Notes under the pieces: model-generated | Seen by the model: only the letters and a program-made list of their open reading frames with translations | What the model was told of the DNA's origin: nothing | Databases searched by the model: none | Position numbers and translations under genes: made by a program | Shown: positions 28,285-37,943 of the stretch, one piece after another | Position numbering within the stretch: position 1 is the first letter of the stretch | Layout of the letters: every line of letters begins with the position of its first letter | DNA from: Candidatus Uhrbacteria bacterium | GTDB lineage: Bacteria; Patescibacteriota; Patescibacteriia; UBA9934; GWF2-40-263 | Assembly (NCBI GenBank): GCA_016844925.1 | Contig: JAERTI010000056.1 | Span: 96,533 to 160,532 of the forward strand | Direction of reading: 5' to 3' | Length of the DNA stretch: 64,000 nt

Positions 28285-28758
28285 ATGACAACTCGACCAG
28301 TCCTCACAGATCCAAACGAAAAACTCCGCCAAGTGTCGGAGAAGATTTCTGATAAAGCCCTTGGTTCTGAGGAGCTCAACACGTTGATTACCGACATGGT
28401 CGAGACCATGAAAATCGAAAACGGTATCGGCATTGCCGCTCCGCAGATCGGTGTTCACAAGCGACTTATCATCATCGATACAGGCGATGGACCACAGGCG
28501 CTCATCAACCCAGAGATCACAGCGCGCTCACTCCGCAAGATCGAAAGTGAGGAGGGTTGTCTGTCCGTTCCGGGTGTCTACGGATTCGTAAAGCGCCACC
28601 GCGAGATCAAGGCTAAGGCCCAAGATCGAAATGGTAACGAAGTAACGTTCAAGGCTCGTGGCCTGCTCTCCATTGTGTTGCAGCATGAGATCGACCACCT
28701 GGACGGCATCCTCTTTATCGACAAAGTTATTCGCTACACAAGCCCACCGCGCATGTAG
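28285..28758 (+). CDS. def: peptide deformylase
   Basis: Motifs GIGIAAPQIG, EGCLSVPG and HEIDHLDG. Confidence 0.85.
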   Translation: MTTRPVLTDPNEKLRQVSEKISDKALGSEELNTLITDMVETMKIENGIGIAAPQIGVHKRLIIIDTGDGPQALINPEITARSLRKIESEEGCLSVPGVYGFVKRHREIKAKAQDRNGNEVTFKARGLLSIVLQHEIDHLDGILFIDKVIRYTSPPRM

Positions 28759-28759
28759 T

Positions 28760-29707
28760 ATGAACGTAGTCTTTTTTGGAACACCACGCTTCGCCTGCCC
28801 GTTCTTAAAGGCCCTCATCGACGACCCCGTAATCGAGGTCGTCGCGGCGTTTTCTCAACCTGATAAGCCAGCAGGGCGAGGTGGAGATTTGCTTGCCGCG
28901 CCTGTGAAACTTCTCGCACAGGATCATCTCATCCCTACGCAAACTCCTAAGAGCCTCAGAAAGGATCCTGCTATCGTCTCTCTTCTAAAACGATACGATG
29001 CGGACATGTTCGTCGTCGTGGCCTACGGAAAGATCTTGCCAAAAGACATTCTCGACATCCCCAAGATGGGAGCGATCAACGTGCACCCATCCATTCTTCC
29101 TCGCCACCGAGGACCATCCCCTATGCAGGCAGCCATCGCACAGGGAGATCTTCAAACAGGCGTGACCATCATGCTACTGGACGAAGGTATGGACACAGGA
29201 CCCCTCTTGGCGTCCGAGACGATTCAAATTGACGACAACGAGACGTACAGTTCACTTGAGAAGAAAGTTCACCTGCAGGGACCAGGTCTCCTGGTCGAGA
29301 CCCTCCACCGATACCACGCAGGACAGGTTGACCCCATTCCTCAGAACGAGGAGAAGGCAACGCTCACGCACCTGCTTCACCGAGATGATGGACATGTTGT
29401 TTGGAGTGAGTCGTTAAGCGAAATTGAACGAAAGAGTCGCGCCTGGCAAAACTGGCCGGGACTCTGGAGCATGTGGGACCGTGTCAGCGGCGTGTGTATC
29501 CGCCTGAAACTTATCTCCGTTAGACCGTCCGATTTCCGCGCTGATGTCCCCCCTGGCACCGCCACCGTTAAGGATGGACGACTCTTTATTGATTGCGCAA
29601 ACGGAACACTGGAGATCCTAGAAATCCAACCGGAGGGCAAACCAAAAATGAACGCGGCGGCGTTCATTCAAGGCTATCCAGACATTCACCGATCCCTACT
29701 GACGTGA
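28760..29707 (+). CDS. fmt: methionyl-tRNA formyltransferase
   Basis: Formyltransferase motifs (INVHPSILPRHRG, SLH-x-D core) plus a C-terminal domain; start lies 2 nt after the def stop. Confidence 0.85.
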   Translation: MNVVFFGTPRFACPFLKALIDDPVIEVVAAFSQPDKPAGRGGDLLAAPVKLLAQDHLIPTQTPKSLRKDPAIVSLLKRYDADMFVVVAYGKILPKDILDIPKMGAINVHPSILPRHRGPSPMQAAIAQGDLQTGVTIMLLDEGMDTGPLLASETIQIDDNETYSSLEKKVHLQGPGLLVETLHRYHAGQVDPIPQNEEKATLTHLLHRDDGHVVWSESLSEIERKSRAWQNWPGLWSMWDRVSGVCIRLKLISVRPSDFRADVPPGTATVKDGRLFIDCANGTLEILEIQPEGKPKMNAAAFIQGYPDIHRSLLT

Positions 29708-31225
29708 GGCGAGAGCCTTTGCAGGAGCGCCTTTCACAGGCGCTGGGACAAATTCCTCGACCTCGGCGGTCGCGGTTTTTTTGTTTACGATAAATGGGAC
29801 AACGAATAAAAGATACCCGAGACCGATCGGATGGTTGAGGTAAGGAGAAAAGATGTGTGTTGCAAAGAGGAGAATAACACCTGCTGTGAGTGCGTACCCA
29901 AGCCACGCTTGATCCGTCCACCGGTAACGCTGAAGCCGCCGAATTAGTTCCCAACCCGCGTAGAGGAAGGCTAAAGGTCCGATTATCCCCATCTTGATCC
30001 AAAGCTCAAACCATCCCCACTCCATAGAATATGTCGTCCATGTTCCATCAGGGTTAATCGCTCGAGCTCGCGGGTCATCAGTTTGGAATGTCACCGTCGC
30101 CCCAAAGCCGTGACCGACAAGTGGGCTGCGAGAGATTTCACCAAGCATCGGCCAGAGGAGTTTCCAACGACTAGAGATCGCCACATCGTCGGAGTCCGTC
30201 GTACGTTCCTTCAGCGAATCGACGAGTGCTGAACTCGTGAGATCCTGCGGTGGGAATGGAAACAGCACAATAGCCACCAACCCAATGACAGCGACAATTT
30301 TCGTGATAAAGACCCACCCAAGATATCTGAAGGTTTGTTTTGTTGTTGGATGATGGGTTCGCCAAAGCATCCAGAGTGTGAAAATAACGGCCGGCGTAAG
30401 CCCTACCCAGAAGCTACGAGATAGGCTCAACAGAACGATACTAAATGTCAGTGCGCCTAACCCCACAAGCCAAGAGCGGCGGATCCCTGATCCAACCATC
30501 GAGAGAACCATCAAGCCAAAAAGCATGACGAAAATCTGTGACTGAATGAAGACGCGATAAAGGCCACCCTCAAGAGCGGTAATCTCAGCAATACGAAGGT
30601 CTCGGAAAAATTCGTAAAGCGGTGTCAAAAGAGAAGCGTCAAGGTGAGAGAAGGCGTAAAGCAGAACCAACGAGAGCCCACTCACCCACACAGCACCAGC
30701 CGCAAGGACTTGCAGGAGGTCATGTCGTTGTTGTGGCCCCCATCGAACAGAAAACATCGGAAGCAGGTAGAGCAAATAGAGGTAGGCATTCCCATCTGCA
30801 AAGACAACGGAAGGATCGCGAGAGAGCGTGCCGATGATCAGCCCCATGGCCGCTGCAAGAATAAGTAGTCCGAAATGTGGTTGATCGACGATATCTGCTC
30901 GACGAAGTTTGTATCGACGTGTCAGCAGACCAATCCCCCACCCTGCCAGGATGCCAATGAAGATTGCCATGCGGAGCGAGAGCGGAAAACCACCAATACT
31001 CGCTGAGATGAGCACGCCATGTGGGTTAATGAACAACTCCAGAAACGCAAGGTACATCGCTCGATCCAGGCGCTTGTAAGCCACAAAGGCACTGGAGAAC
31101 ATCAGACCCAGAATAATCCCCGTCCCCATGTCCCATCCATACGCTAAAAAGCCCAGACCATAGAGAATGGCCGCCATGACGATCGATTCTTTGAATGTTT
31201 TCCCAAAAAACTGCTGCATACTCAC
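29696..31225 (-). CDS. O-antigen ligase/polymerase (Wzy_C)-family membrane protein
   Basis: About 12 TM helices; the loop motif LSLSRSFWVG is typical of WaaL/O-antigen ligase-like proteins. Confidence 0.5.
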   Translation of the reverse strand: MSMQQFFGKTFKESIVMAAILYGLGFLAYGWDMGTGIILGLMFSSAFVAYKRLDRAMYLAFLELFINPHGVLISASIGGFPLSLRMAIFIGILAGWGIGLLTRRYKLRRADIVDQPHFGLLILAAAMGLIIGTLSRDPSVVFADGNAYLYLLYLLPMFSVRWGPQQRHDLLQVLAAGAVWVSGLSLVLLYAFSHLDASLLTPLYEFFRDLRIAEITALEGGLYRVFIQSQIFVMLFGLMVLSMVGSGIRRSWLVGLGALTFSIVLLSLSRSFWVGLTPAVIFTLWMLWRTHHPTTKQTFRYLGWVFITKIVAVIGLVAIVLFPFPPQDLTSSALVDSLKERTTDSDDVAISSRWKLLWPMLGEISRSPLVGHGFGATVTFQTDDPRARAINPDGTWTTYSMEWGWFELWIKMGIIGPLAFLYAGWELIRRLQRYRWTDQAWLGYALTAGVILLFATHIFSPYLNHPIGLGYLLFVVPFIVNKKTATAEVEEFVPAPVKGAPAKALASRQ

Positions 31226-31263
31226 ATAGCACGTAAGGTCCGTACGGGGCCGTGCGTGTTTAT

Positions 31264-32106
31264 TCAGATCGGTTTAACAATACTTGAAATCAGACTTGCG
31301 AGCCAAAAAATTGGTTCACCTAGAAGGAAGCCTGTACCGATGATTAGTCCATGATGTTTACGAATATATCGTCTGATGCTCCGACGGAGCATTGCCTGCT
31401 TCTTGATGGTGGCAACTCGATCAAAACTTGCCCCGAGCTTGTGTCGAGCGGAAATGTGATGGAAGTACCGAACGCGCCACCCTGCCGTGACCGTTCTTCG
31501 ACAGAAGTCTACTTCCTCATACCACATGAAAAATCCGTCATCGAGCAAACCGATTTGGTCAATGACAGACCGACGGATACAGAAGAACGCCCCCATAACC
31601 TGGTCCACGTCCGCACTCTGCGTGTAATCAAAGCCTTTCATGAGCCAACGACGCAGAGGTCTGAGATTGGGCAGAACGTGATTAATCTTCAAGAGCAAGA
31701 GAAGTTGATCGATTGGTCGCGGAAAAGACCAGACGCATGACTGTTGTGAGCCGTCGAGATTCTTCAGTGAGATACCACCGATACCAACATCGGGAGCGGC
31801 GCTCATAGATTGTTGGATCTGGTAGAGAGCATCATCGTCGAAGACAACGTCTGGATTCACCAAGACGACATAATCTCCAACCGCTTGACTGATGGCCAGA
31901 TTACACCCGCCTGCGAACCCAAGGTTCTTCTCACTCTCAATAACGTTCACCTGCGGAAACCTCTCTCGGAGCTCGCTCAAGTCATCACCAGATCCGTTCT
32001 CGACAACAAACACTTCCACCTCTTTATCGTGATGCGCAAAAAGTGACTGCAACATGCGAAGCGTGTAGTCGATGGTTTTGTAATTTACCGTAACCGTCGA
32101 AATCAT
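31264..32106 (-). CDS. glycosyltransferase family 2
   Basis: GT-A N-terminus (STVTVNYKT...VVENGSGDD, DxD motif VNPDVVFDDD). Confidence 0.7.
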   Translation of the reverse strand: MISTVTVNYKTIDYTLRMLQSLFAHHDKEVEVFVVENGSGDDLSELRERFPQVNVIESEKNLGFAGGCNLAISQAVGDYVVLVNPDVVFDDDALYQIQQSMSAAPDVGIGGISLKNLDGSQQSCVWSFPRPIDQLLLLLKINHVLPNLRPLRRWLMKGFDYTQSADVDQVMGAFFCIRRSVIDQIGLLDDGFFMWYEEVDFCRRTVTAGWRVRYFHHISARHKLGASFDRVATIKKQAMLRRSIRRYIRKHHGLIIGTGFLLGEPIFWLASLISSIVKPI

Positions 32107-32804
32107 AACTGGTGTTTTTTTCTCACAATTCTCATGGCCTCATCGTGGCTACGGATGACCTTTGGAGCCCAACCCAAAGTGTTCCATGGAAGCTTGTACG
32201 CAATCGAAGGAAGCCATTGAGAATACCCCTGTCGATGTTTTTCAATCAGAACCTCAAAGAGTACTTCGTCGACAAAGACCCCGTGAGTCCCCTGCCCCGA
32301 CATCGTGAGCCAGAGATCCCAATCCTGAAAACGTTTAAGGGAAGGATCAAAACCCGGGAACGCATCGCGACGAATAAGTGCCGTGGTATGGACAAAATTC
32401 TGCGCTCGCAAATCATCAGCGTCAAAAGTCTTTCCTCGGAACAACTTACGGCCCCAACGGAAACTACTGTACGCCCAGGAAGCCTCAGAATGCGCTGTAA
32501 GGGCGCTTTCTAGTCGTTCTAGCATATCCGGTCGCCCAACAACATCAGCATCCCAAAAAATCACCAAATCACCTGTCGACTCATCAAAACCTCTGTTGCG
32601 GGCAACAGGCGCACCCATGTTTTCTTGCCTGATGTAAACGATACGATCAAGGTAGGGATCGAGGGCGGCAGCCGTGTCATCTGTCGAACCGTCATCAACA
32701 ACAATAACCTCTTCAGGCTTACGTGTCTGTGCAAAAATCGAATCCAGGCAACGTGGGAGCGACGACGCGTGCTGGTAGGTTGGGATGATGACCGAGAGGC
32801 TCAT
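32103..32804 (-). CDS. glycosyltransferase family 2
   Basis: SVIIPTYQ...VIVVDDGSTDDT...IFWDADVV. Confidence 0.75.
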   Translation of the reverse strand: MSLSVIIPTYQHASSLPRCLDSIFAQTRKPEEVIVVDDGSTDDTAAALDPYLDRIVYIRQENMGAPVARNRGFDESTGDLVIFWDADVVGRPDMLERLESALTAHSEASWAYSSFRWGRKLFRGKTFDADDLRAQNFVHTTALIRRDAFPGFDPSLKRFQDWDLWLTMSGQGTHGVFVDEVLFEVLIEKHRQGYSQWLPSIAYKLPWNTLGWAPKVIRSHDEAMRIVRKKHQL

Positions 32805-33895
32805 ACCAGGTACGGCTTTAGCTTCTCAAACTGCTTGGCACAGGTGAATTCCATGGCACGTTCCTGTGCGGCATCGCCTAGTCGGTGTCGGAACGCATCA
32901 TCTTTTGCTAGGAGCAAGATCGCCTCTGCCAATTGCTCCTCATTCTGATCTTCAAGAAGAAGTCCTGTTTCACTATGTACAACTGCCTCGTTGACCCCCT
33001 CAAGGTTCGTCGTGATTGAAGGAACGCCACTTTGAGCGGCTTCAAGAAACACGAGACCAAACCCCTCCTTGTCGACAGGGTCTTTCGATACAGGCATGAC
33101 GAACACGTCTGACTGACCGTACAACCGATCACGAACAGTGTCATCAACATCACCATGAAATGTCACGTGCCTATCAAGTGAAAGTGCTCTCACCATTCCC
33201 TTTAGCGTTGTCTCCATCGGTCCAGTACCTGCAATGTGATACTGAAAGTCAGTGAGCTGACCAGTGCCACGCAAGTTAGCAAGAGCATTAAGCACGTGAG
33301 CATGCCCCTTGCGTTCGACAAGTCTCGAGATCGTCATGAGTGTAAAAGGCTGACCTTCAGTCACTGCCGGCGGCTGTGCATCACCAGTCAGACACGGATA
33401 CACTACAAGGATCTCTGTCACCCCAAAAACTCGAGCCACTTCACGAGCCAGTGCCTGTGAGTTACAGACGACAAGCCTGGCCCCCTTGAGCACCTTTTTT
33501 GCGAGAGTTTTTTTCCGAGCAGATCTCTGTGCCAGACGGACATCCATTCCATGAACAAATACAATATAAGGGGTCTTTGTTTTCCGCGCTGCAACGAGAG
33601 CCGCACTACCATAGGGCAACAAGTGCGAGGTCAGAATAAGTCGATATCGATCAGAATACGTCTTCAGATACTTCACGGTCTTCCGCCAGCGTGGCCACCC
33701 CCAAGAGCTCATAAGCTCTCTACGGTAGATTGGGTAACCAGCGGTTGGATCAAATGTCTGCCACGCCGAATCAGGTGTACAGACGACTTCAATATCATCC
33801 TTCAAATACAACGCAAGCGCACTCAGGTAGCGAGCAATACCTCCACGTCCCGGTGGAAAGTCTGGCGTGATAAGAAGAATCTTTTTATCGCTCAT
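32801..33895 (-). CDS. glycosyltransferase family 1 (GT4)
   Basis: GT-B fold; the C-terminal E-x7-E region (FGLVFLEAAQSGVP). Confidence 0.75.
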   Translation of the reverse strand: MSDKKILLITPDFPPGRGGIARYLSALALYLKDDIEVVCTPDSAWQTFDPTAGYPIYRRELMSSWGWPRWRKTVKYLKTYSDRYRLILTSHLLPYGSAALVAARKTKTPYIVFVHGMDVRLAQRSARKKTLAKKVLKGARLVVCNSQALAREVARVFGVTEILVVYPCLTGDAQPPAVTEGQPFTLMTISRLVERKGHAHVLNALANLRGTGQLTDFQYHIAGTGPMETTLKGMVRALSLDRHVTFHGDVDDTVRDRLYGQSDVFVMPVSKDPVDKEGFGLVFLEAAQSGVPSITTNLEGVNEAVVHSETGLLLEDQNEEQLAEAILLLAKDDAFRHRLGDAAQERAMEFTCAKQFEKLKPYLV

Positions 33896-35358
33896 ACCCT
33901 CTTAAACAAAGCCTTTATCTGCACGAAATCTTCTTTTCCAACGGACTGCGTCAACCAGAGTGCAGCTATATAAACAATTGCCCCAATAGGAATAACCGCC
34001 ATCCATCCAACAATAGGCTTCAGTAAGACAACGGCAATCGTCATAATCCCACCGGAAAGATAGATGAGCGAGACAGGCCCTAGGAACGCTCGTAAAGAAA
34101 ATGTTGGAATGATGGAACGGACAAAGTAAAGGCCTGCTAAAAACATGAAGATAAAACTAGCGAGCGCGGCATAGGCAGCGCCCAGGACACCAATTTGAGG
34201 AATCAGCATCCAGTTGAGAGAGACGTTTATGACCATGGTGACACCCATGATAGCTGTCTTTGTGATCTGTCGATCCGCGGCATTGAGTAGAGAGCCAATG
34301 GGAAAATCTAGAAAGATAGGAAGGAGAACGAAGACAAGTGTTTGCAGCACAATCGCCGAGGTGGCGTACTCAGCACCGGCCAGTAAAACGACCTCAGGTG
34401 CGACGGCCCAGAGTCCAAAGACAATAGGTGCTGACAGGAGGGCCATGTACCAAATCGCTTTGTTAAAAATACGTTTAAGAGCCGCGGGATCCTTCCCCAC
34501 CACAGCACTCATACCTGGATAGAGCGCCGCAACGAATGCCAAGGGAAGAAATTGAAAAGCGTAGGTGAATTTGTAAGCAATCGAATAGATGCCCACAGCG
34601 GTTGTGTCCAAAAACTTTGAAATGAAAATCGTGTCGATGTACGAGTAGACTTTTACAAAAATTGAAGCGAGAGCAAATGGTAATGCCGTTCGCATGATCC
34701 AAAGGAGCTCACTACGACGCCAGCGTGGGCGCAATGCCCCCCAGCCAAGTAAGCGTACGATCTTCGTTCCGCTAACCATGACGTTCACCACGCTTCCCAT
34801 CAAGAGAGCGGCTATAAGAAACGGAAGGGACGGAGAAAGCCAAAGGACAAGTCCACCAAGAGTCCCTGTGGTGGCCATACCCAAAAAGATGCCTATTGAT
34901 TCATACTTAAGCGCCTGGTAGCCACGGAGGACACCATAGAACAACAGGTGTATGGCATCGAGACCCAAGATAAGACTCGCGAACATGATGAGACGCTGCA
35001 GAGAGACGTCATAGCCAAGTGCAGCACCTGTTAACGTTGCGCCAACCATTGCCATCAGGATCAGAGGGATCTTGAGAGCTACTGCGTGCTGCAGGTGCTC
35101 TTTGGCTCGTTCAGGAGTTTTGGCGATCTCTCGAATCACTACCGGAGTGATTCCCATATCTGCAACAACCGTGAAGATAACTGTAATAGACACCGCCAAG
35201 AAGTACTGCCCTGTGAGATCGGGCATCATTACCCGTGCAAGAAACAAAAAATAGACAAAGGCGATTACCTTTTGCCCCACTGATGCCAGGGTTAAATAGA
35301 AGGTATTTTTAGCTAATCGTTCAGTCACAGTGAGGCTATTGTATAGGATTTTAGGCAA
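33892..35358 (-). CDS. Wzx-like oligosaccharide flippase (MOP superfamily polysaccharide biosynthesis protein)
   Basis: 488 aa with about 14 TM helices; first gene of the co-directional glycan cluster. Confidence 0.6.
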   Translation of the reverse strand: MPKILYNSLTVTERLAKNTFYLTLASVGQKVIAFVYFLFLARVMMPDLTGQYFLAVSITVIFTVVADMGITPVVIREIAKTPERAKEHLQHAVALKIPLILMAMVGATLTGAALGYDVSLQRLIMFASLILGLDAIHLLFYGVLRGYQALKYESIGIFLGMATTGTLGGLVLWLSPSLPFLIAALLMGSVVNVMVSGTKIVRLLGWGALRPRWRRSELLWIMRTALPFALASIFVKVYSYIDTIFISKFLDTTAVGIYSIAYKFTYAFQFLPLAFVAALYPGMSAVVGKDPAALKRIFNKAIWYMALLSAPIVFGLWAVAPEVVLLAGAEYATSAIVLQTLVFVLLPIFLDFPIGSLLNAADRQITKTAIMGVTMVINVSLNWMLIPQIGVLGAAYAALASFIFMFLAGLYFVRSIIPTFSLRAFLGPVSLIYLSGGIMTIAVVLLKPIVGWMAVIPIGAIVYIAALWLTQSVGKEDFVQIKALFKRV

Positions 35359-35384
35359 AATAAATACCCGCCATGCGTTGGCGG
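35355..35384 (-). terminator. rho-independent terminator (minus strand) after the GC-rich orphan gene
   Basis: Perfect 7-bp stem cccgcca/tggcggg with loop tgcgt, followed on the minus strand by TATTTATTTT. Confidence 0.55.
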
Positions 35385-35397
35385 GATGAGGTGGGAA

Positions 35398-36687
35398 CTA
35401 GTCCCCTTCCTCCGTGGGCAGGTCCGAGAACAGGCTCGGTCCGTCGTAGGGCAGGAGCAGCTCGCGCCCCGTCTTGATGCGCCCTCGCTTGTCAGGCGAG
35501 ATCTTTGCCTTGGACTCAGGGCGGGTGCTCACCGGACGCGCCATCAGCTGCTTGAGCACCTTCGGCCTGTGTCCGATGACGCGAGACCAGATCTCCTCGA
35601 GCCCGGGGCCGAGATCACCGTACAGGATGGCTTCTGCCTGTGAGAGCAGGACCACATCGTTGCCGAAGGTCTGCCAGGGGTTCGGCGTGGAACTCTCGGA
35701 CACCTGCGCGTTCGAATCCTTGGTCTTGAACATCTTGCCGAGACCACCGAAGAACCGCTTCAGAGCCCCTTGTTCCTCCTCGTTCTTCATCGCGAGCGGA
35801 TCCTCTTCGACCCTTCCGTCTCGGAACGTCCCCTCCGGATTGCCATCGAGCTTGATGTCCTGCACAACGATGACACACCGCTGCCTGACCACCTCCTCTC
35901 CGTCCTCCATGACCGTGTAGGGCACGTAGGCGTGCGCGCAGTAGATCTCGAAGGTGGCGCCGGTCTGGACCTCACCCTTGCCGTACAGATTCACCAGACG
36001 ACGACAGGCAGACTCCAGGCGTGCGCGCAGGATGGTCCGAGAGTCGTAGTCCGCATCCCGATCCTCGTCAGAGGTCAGGACCTTCACCTCCTCTCGGAAC
36101 AGGTTGACCACCTCGCTTGTCGACGGGAACAGCTGAACGAACACGTCCACGTCCTCTTCGCCGGTGTCCGGGTCGACCTCCGTGTGCATGATGGTTCCAC
36201 GGATGGCGATGATGGCGGGCGTGTGCTGATCCGCAAGGACCATCGATCGCTCAGACGCGCTGGGGTAGTCGATCACCTTGCCGCCAACACCCTCGTCACC
36301 GGGGACCGTCAGATCCTCGCCCTCTTCGTTGCCTGAGAACGTGCTGAGCGGCTGCTCGGCAGTCAACAGACGAACGAATGGGACGTGCGCCGGCATCTCC
36401 CCCGGAAGGAAGGTCTCACCCGTGACCGTGTTGGTCGCGATGAAGACGTGCGTCTCACGCCCAGGCACTTCGGACTCGAACTCAGCTGCCGCCCGATTTG
36501 CCGAGAGCTCGTCGAACGGGATCAGCTTGCCAGCACGATCCAGCATGACGCGTTCACGTGACTGACTGTTGCCGGTGAGCATCACCACCGCCCCCTTTCG
36601 GACAGCCTTCTCGGGCAGCTCTGACACATCGGCGACGACCTTGTTGGTCGGCACCTGGATGCGGTTGTCATTGTTTTTTTGGGTCAC
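35398..36687 (-). CDS. hypothetical protein, 429 aa (GC-rich island; no recognisable domain)
   Basis: GTG start preceded by AAAGGAGG with a 5-nt spacer; GC about 60% with strong third-position G/C bias; acidic, soluble; ends ...PTEEGD. Confidence 0.5.
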   Translation of the reverse strand: MTQKNNDNRIQVPTNKVVADVSELPEKAVRKGAVVMLTGNSQSRERVMLDRAGKLIPFDELSANRAAAEFESEVPGRETHVFIATNTVTGETFLPGEMPAHVPFVRLLTAEQPLSTFSGNEEGEDLTVPGDEGVGGKVIDYPSASERSMVLADQHTPAIIAIRGTIMHTEVDPDTGEEDVDVFVQLFPSTSEVVNLFREEVKVLTSDEDRDADYDSRTILRARLESACRRLVNLYGKGEVQTGATFEIYCAHAYVPYTVMEDGEEVVRQRCVIVVQDIKLDGNPEGTFRDGRVEEDPLAMKNEEEQGALKRFFGGLGKMFKTKDSNAQVSESSTPNPWQTFGNDVVLLSQAEAILYGDLGPGLEEIWSRVIGHRPKVLKQLMARPVSTRPESKAKISPDKRGRIKTGRELLLPYDGPSLFSDLPTEEGD

Positions 36688-36729
36688 TCAATCCTCCTTT
36701 AGCCTGCAAAACAGGCCAGAGCGACGCTT

Positions 36730-36759
36730 GATATAATCAGGGATATGGGTGTTTGTCAA
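36730..36759 (-). promoter_or_regulatory. strong sigma70-like promoter for the GC-rich orphan gene
   Basis: On the minus strand: TTGACA, 18-bp spacer, TATATC, then the AAAGGAGG ribosome-binding site and GTG. Confidence 0.5.
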
Positions 36760-36779
36760 CCCATTCCAGTGTCATAATA

Positions 36780-36808
36780 AACAAAAAATGGACATTTCGT
36801 CCATTTTT
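36780..36808 (-). terminator. rho-independent terminator ending the ribosomal-protein operon
   Basis: aaatggac-atttc-gtccattt hairpin with flanking A/T runs. Confidence 0.6.
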
Positions 36809-36817
36809 CTTGATCTT

Positions 36818-37222
36818 TTATCGTTTTGAGAACTGTGGGGCGCGACGAGCACCTTTCAATCCAGGCTTCTTTCGCTCACGTCGGCGTGCGTCAGTTGTCA
36901 GGAAGCCGAGACGCTTAAGTACGGTTCGGAACTCTGGGTTAAATTCCACGAGCCCGCGAGAAATGCCGAGTCGGATACTATCAGCCTGTCCATGAATACC
37001 ACCTCCCTTTGTATGAACCGTGATATCGAAGACATTTTCTGTTCCAGTTTCACGTAGCGGCGCCATCACTGACTGCTGCAATGTTTCAACTGGCAAATAC
37101 TCGAGTAGATCTCGATCATTGACCGTAATCTTGCCTGATCCATTGTGATGCAATCGCACGCGTGAAACTGAGCGTTTTCGTCGTCCAACTGATTCGATGT
37201 AGTTGTGTGCTTGTTCGCTCAT
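36818..37222 (-). CDS. rpsI: 30S ribosomal protein S9
   Basis: C-terminal ...[19 protein letters not shown]...[22 protein letters not shown]. Confidence 0.9.
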   Translation of the reverse strand: MSEQAHNYIESVGRRKRSVSRVRLHHNGSGKITVNDRDLLEYLPVETLQQSVMAPLRETGTENVFDITVHTKGGGIHGQADSIRLGISRGLVEFNPEFRTVLKRLGFLTTDARRRERKKPGLKGARRAPQFSKR

Positions 37223-37226
37223 AATG

Positions 37227-37586
37227 TTAGTTGCTGATTGCTAAACGCTTAAGTCGTTCGGTTCGATGCTTGTTCTTAGGAAGCATGCGTGAGACTGCAC
37301 GTCTTAGCACTTCTCCAGGATTTTCTTCCCAAACAGTTTTCATTTGCTTTGTTCGCAATCCTTTTGCGTAACCAGTGTGGTGATAGTAGTTCTTCTGTTC
37401 AAGCTTTTTTCCAGTGACAACCATTTTTCCTGCGTTCACAACCTGAACATGGTCACCGATGTCAAGGTTTGGTGCGAAAGCTGTTTTGTGTTTACCAATG
37501 AGGAGTGTAGCAATCTCTGTAGCGAGACGCCCAGGAGCTTTTCCTTCTCCATCAATAGTATGAATTTCTCGTGTAATCTCTTGCAT
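37227..37586 (-). CDS. rplM: 50S ribosomal protein L13
   Basis: [24 protein letters not shown]...; start taken at the internal Met (MQEITR) to avoid a 53-nt overlap with rplQ. Confidence 0.8.
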   Translation of the reverse strand: MQEITREIHTIDGEGKAPGRLATEIATLLIGKHKTAFAPNLDIGDHVQVVNAGKMVVTGKKLEQKNYYHHTGYAKGLRTKQMKTVWEENPGEVLRRAVSRMLPKNKHRTERLKRLAISN

Positions 37587-37587
37587 A

Positions 37588-37938
37588 TTAAACAAGTTCA
37601 ATCTGAACCATATCAGCCCCGTCATTTTTACGGTGACCAATTTTTACAATACGAGTGTATCCACCCGGACGTGATGCATATCGCGGCCCGAGAACTTCCA
37701 AGATCTTCTTCACTGGATGTTCGGTGTAAAAAAACTTCATCAGATTACGTCGTGCTGCTAGTGAAGGCTTCTTCCCCGTTGTAATCGCCTTTTCAACAAG
37801 AGGTCTAACAGCCTTAGCCTTAGCCTCAGTGGTCTTCACTTTTTCATGAAGAATCACACTGGCAGCAAGGTTTCGAAGAAGGGCTTCTCGTGGAGCCTTT
37901 TTTCGGTCTAGAATTGTGCCTTTCTTTCGATGACGCAT
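37588..37938 (-). CDS. rplQ: 50S ribosomal protein L17
   Basis: MRHRKKGTILDRKKAPREALLRNLAASVILHEKVKTTEAKAK. Confidence 0.85.
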   Translation of the reverse strand: MRHRKKGTILDRKKAPREALLRNLAASVILHEKVKTTEAKAKAVRPLVEKAITTGKKPSLAARRNLMKFFYTEHPVKKILEVLGPRYASRPGGYTRIVKIGHRKNDGADMVQIELV

Positions 37939-37943
37939 AAAGT

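Noticed and set aside
28658-28759. 5' extension of fmt overlapping def
   Set aside because: The fmt N-terminus MNVVFFGTP begins at 28760, and the upstream in-frame stretch is the def coding region in another frame.
35770-36336. 188-aa plus-strand ORF inside the 429-aa orphan gene
   Set aside because: Antisense shadow ORF in GC-rich DNA, with no start context.
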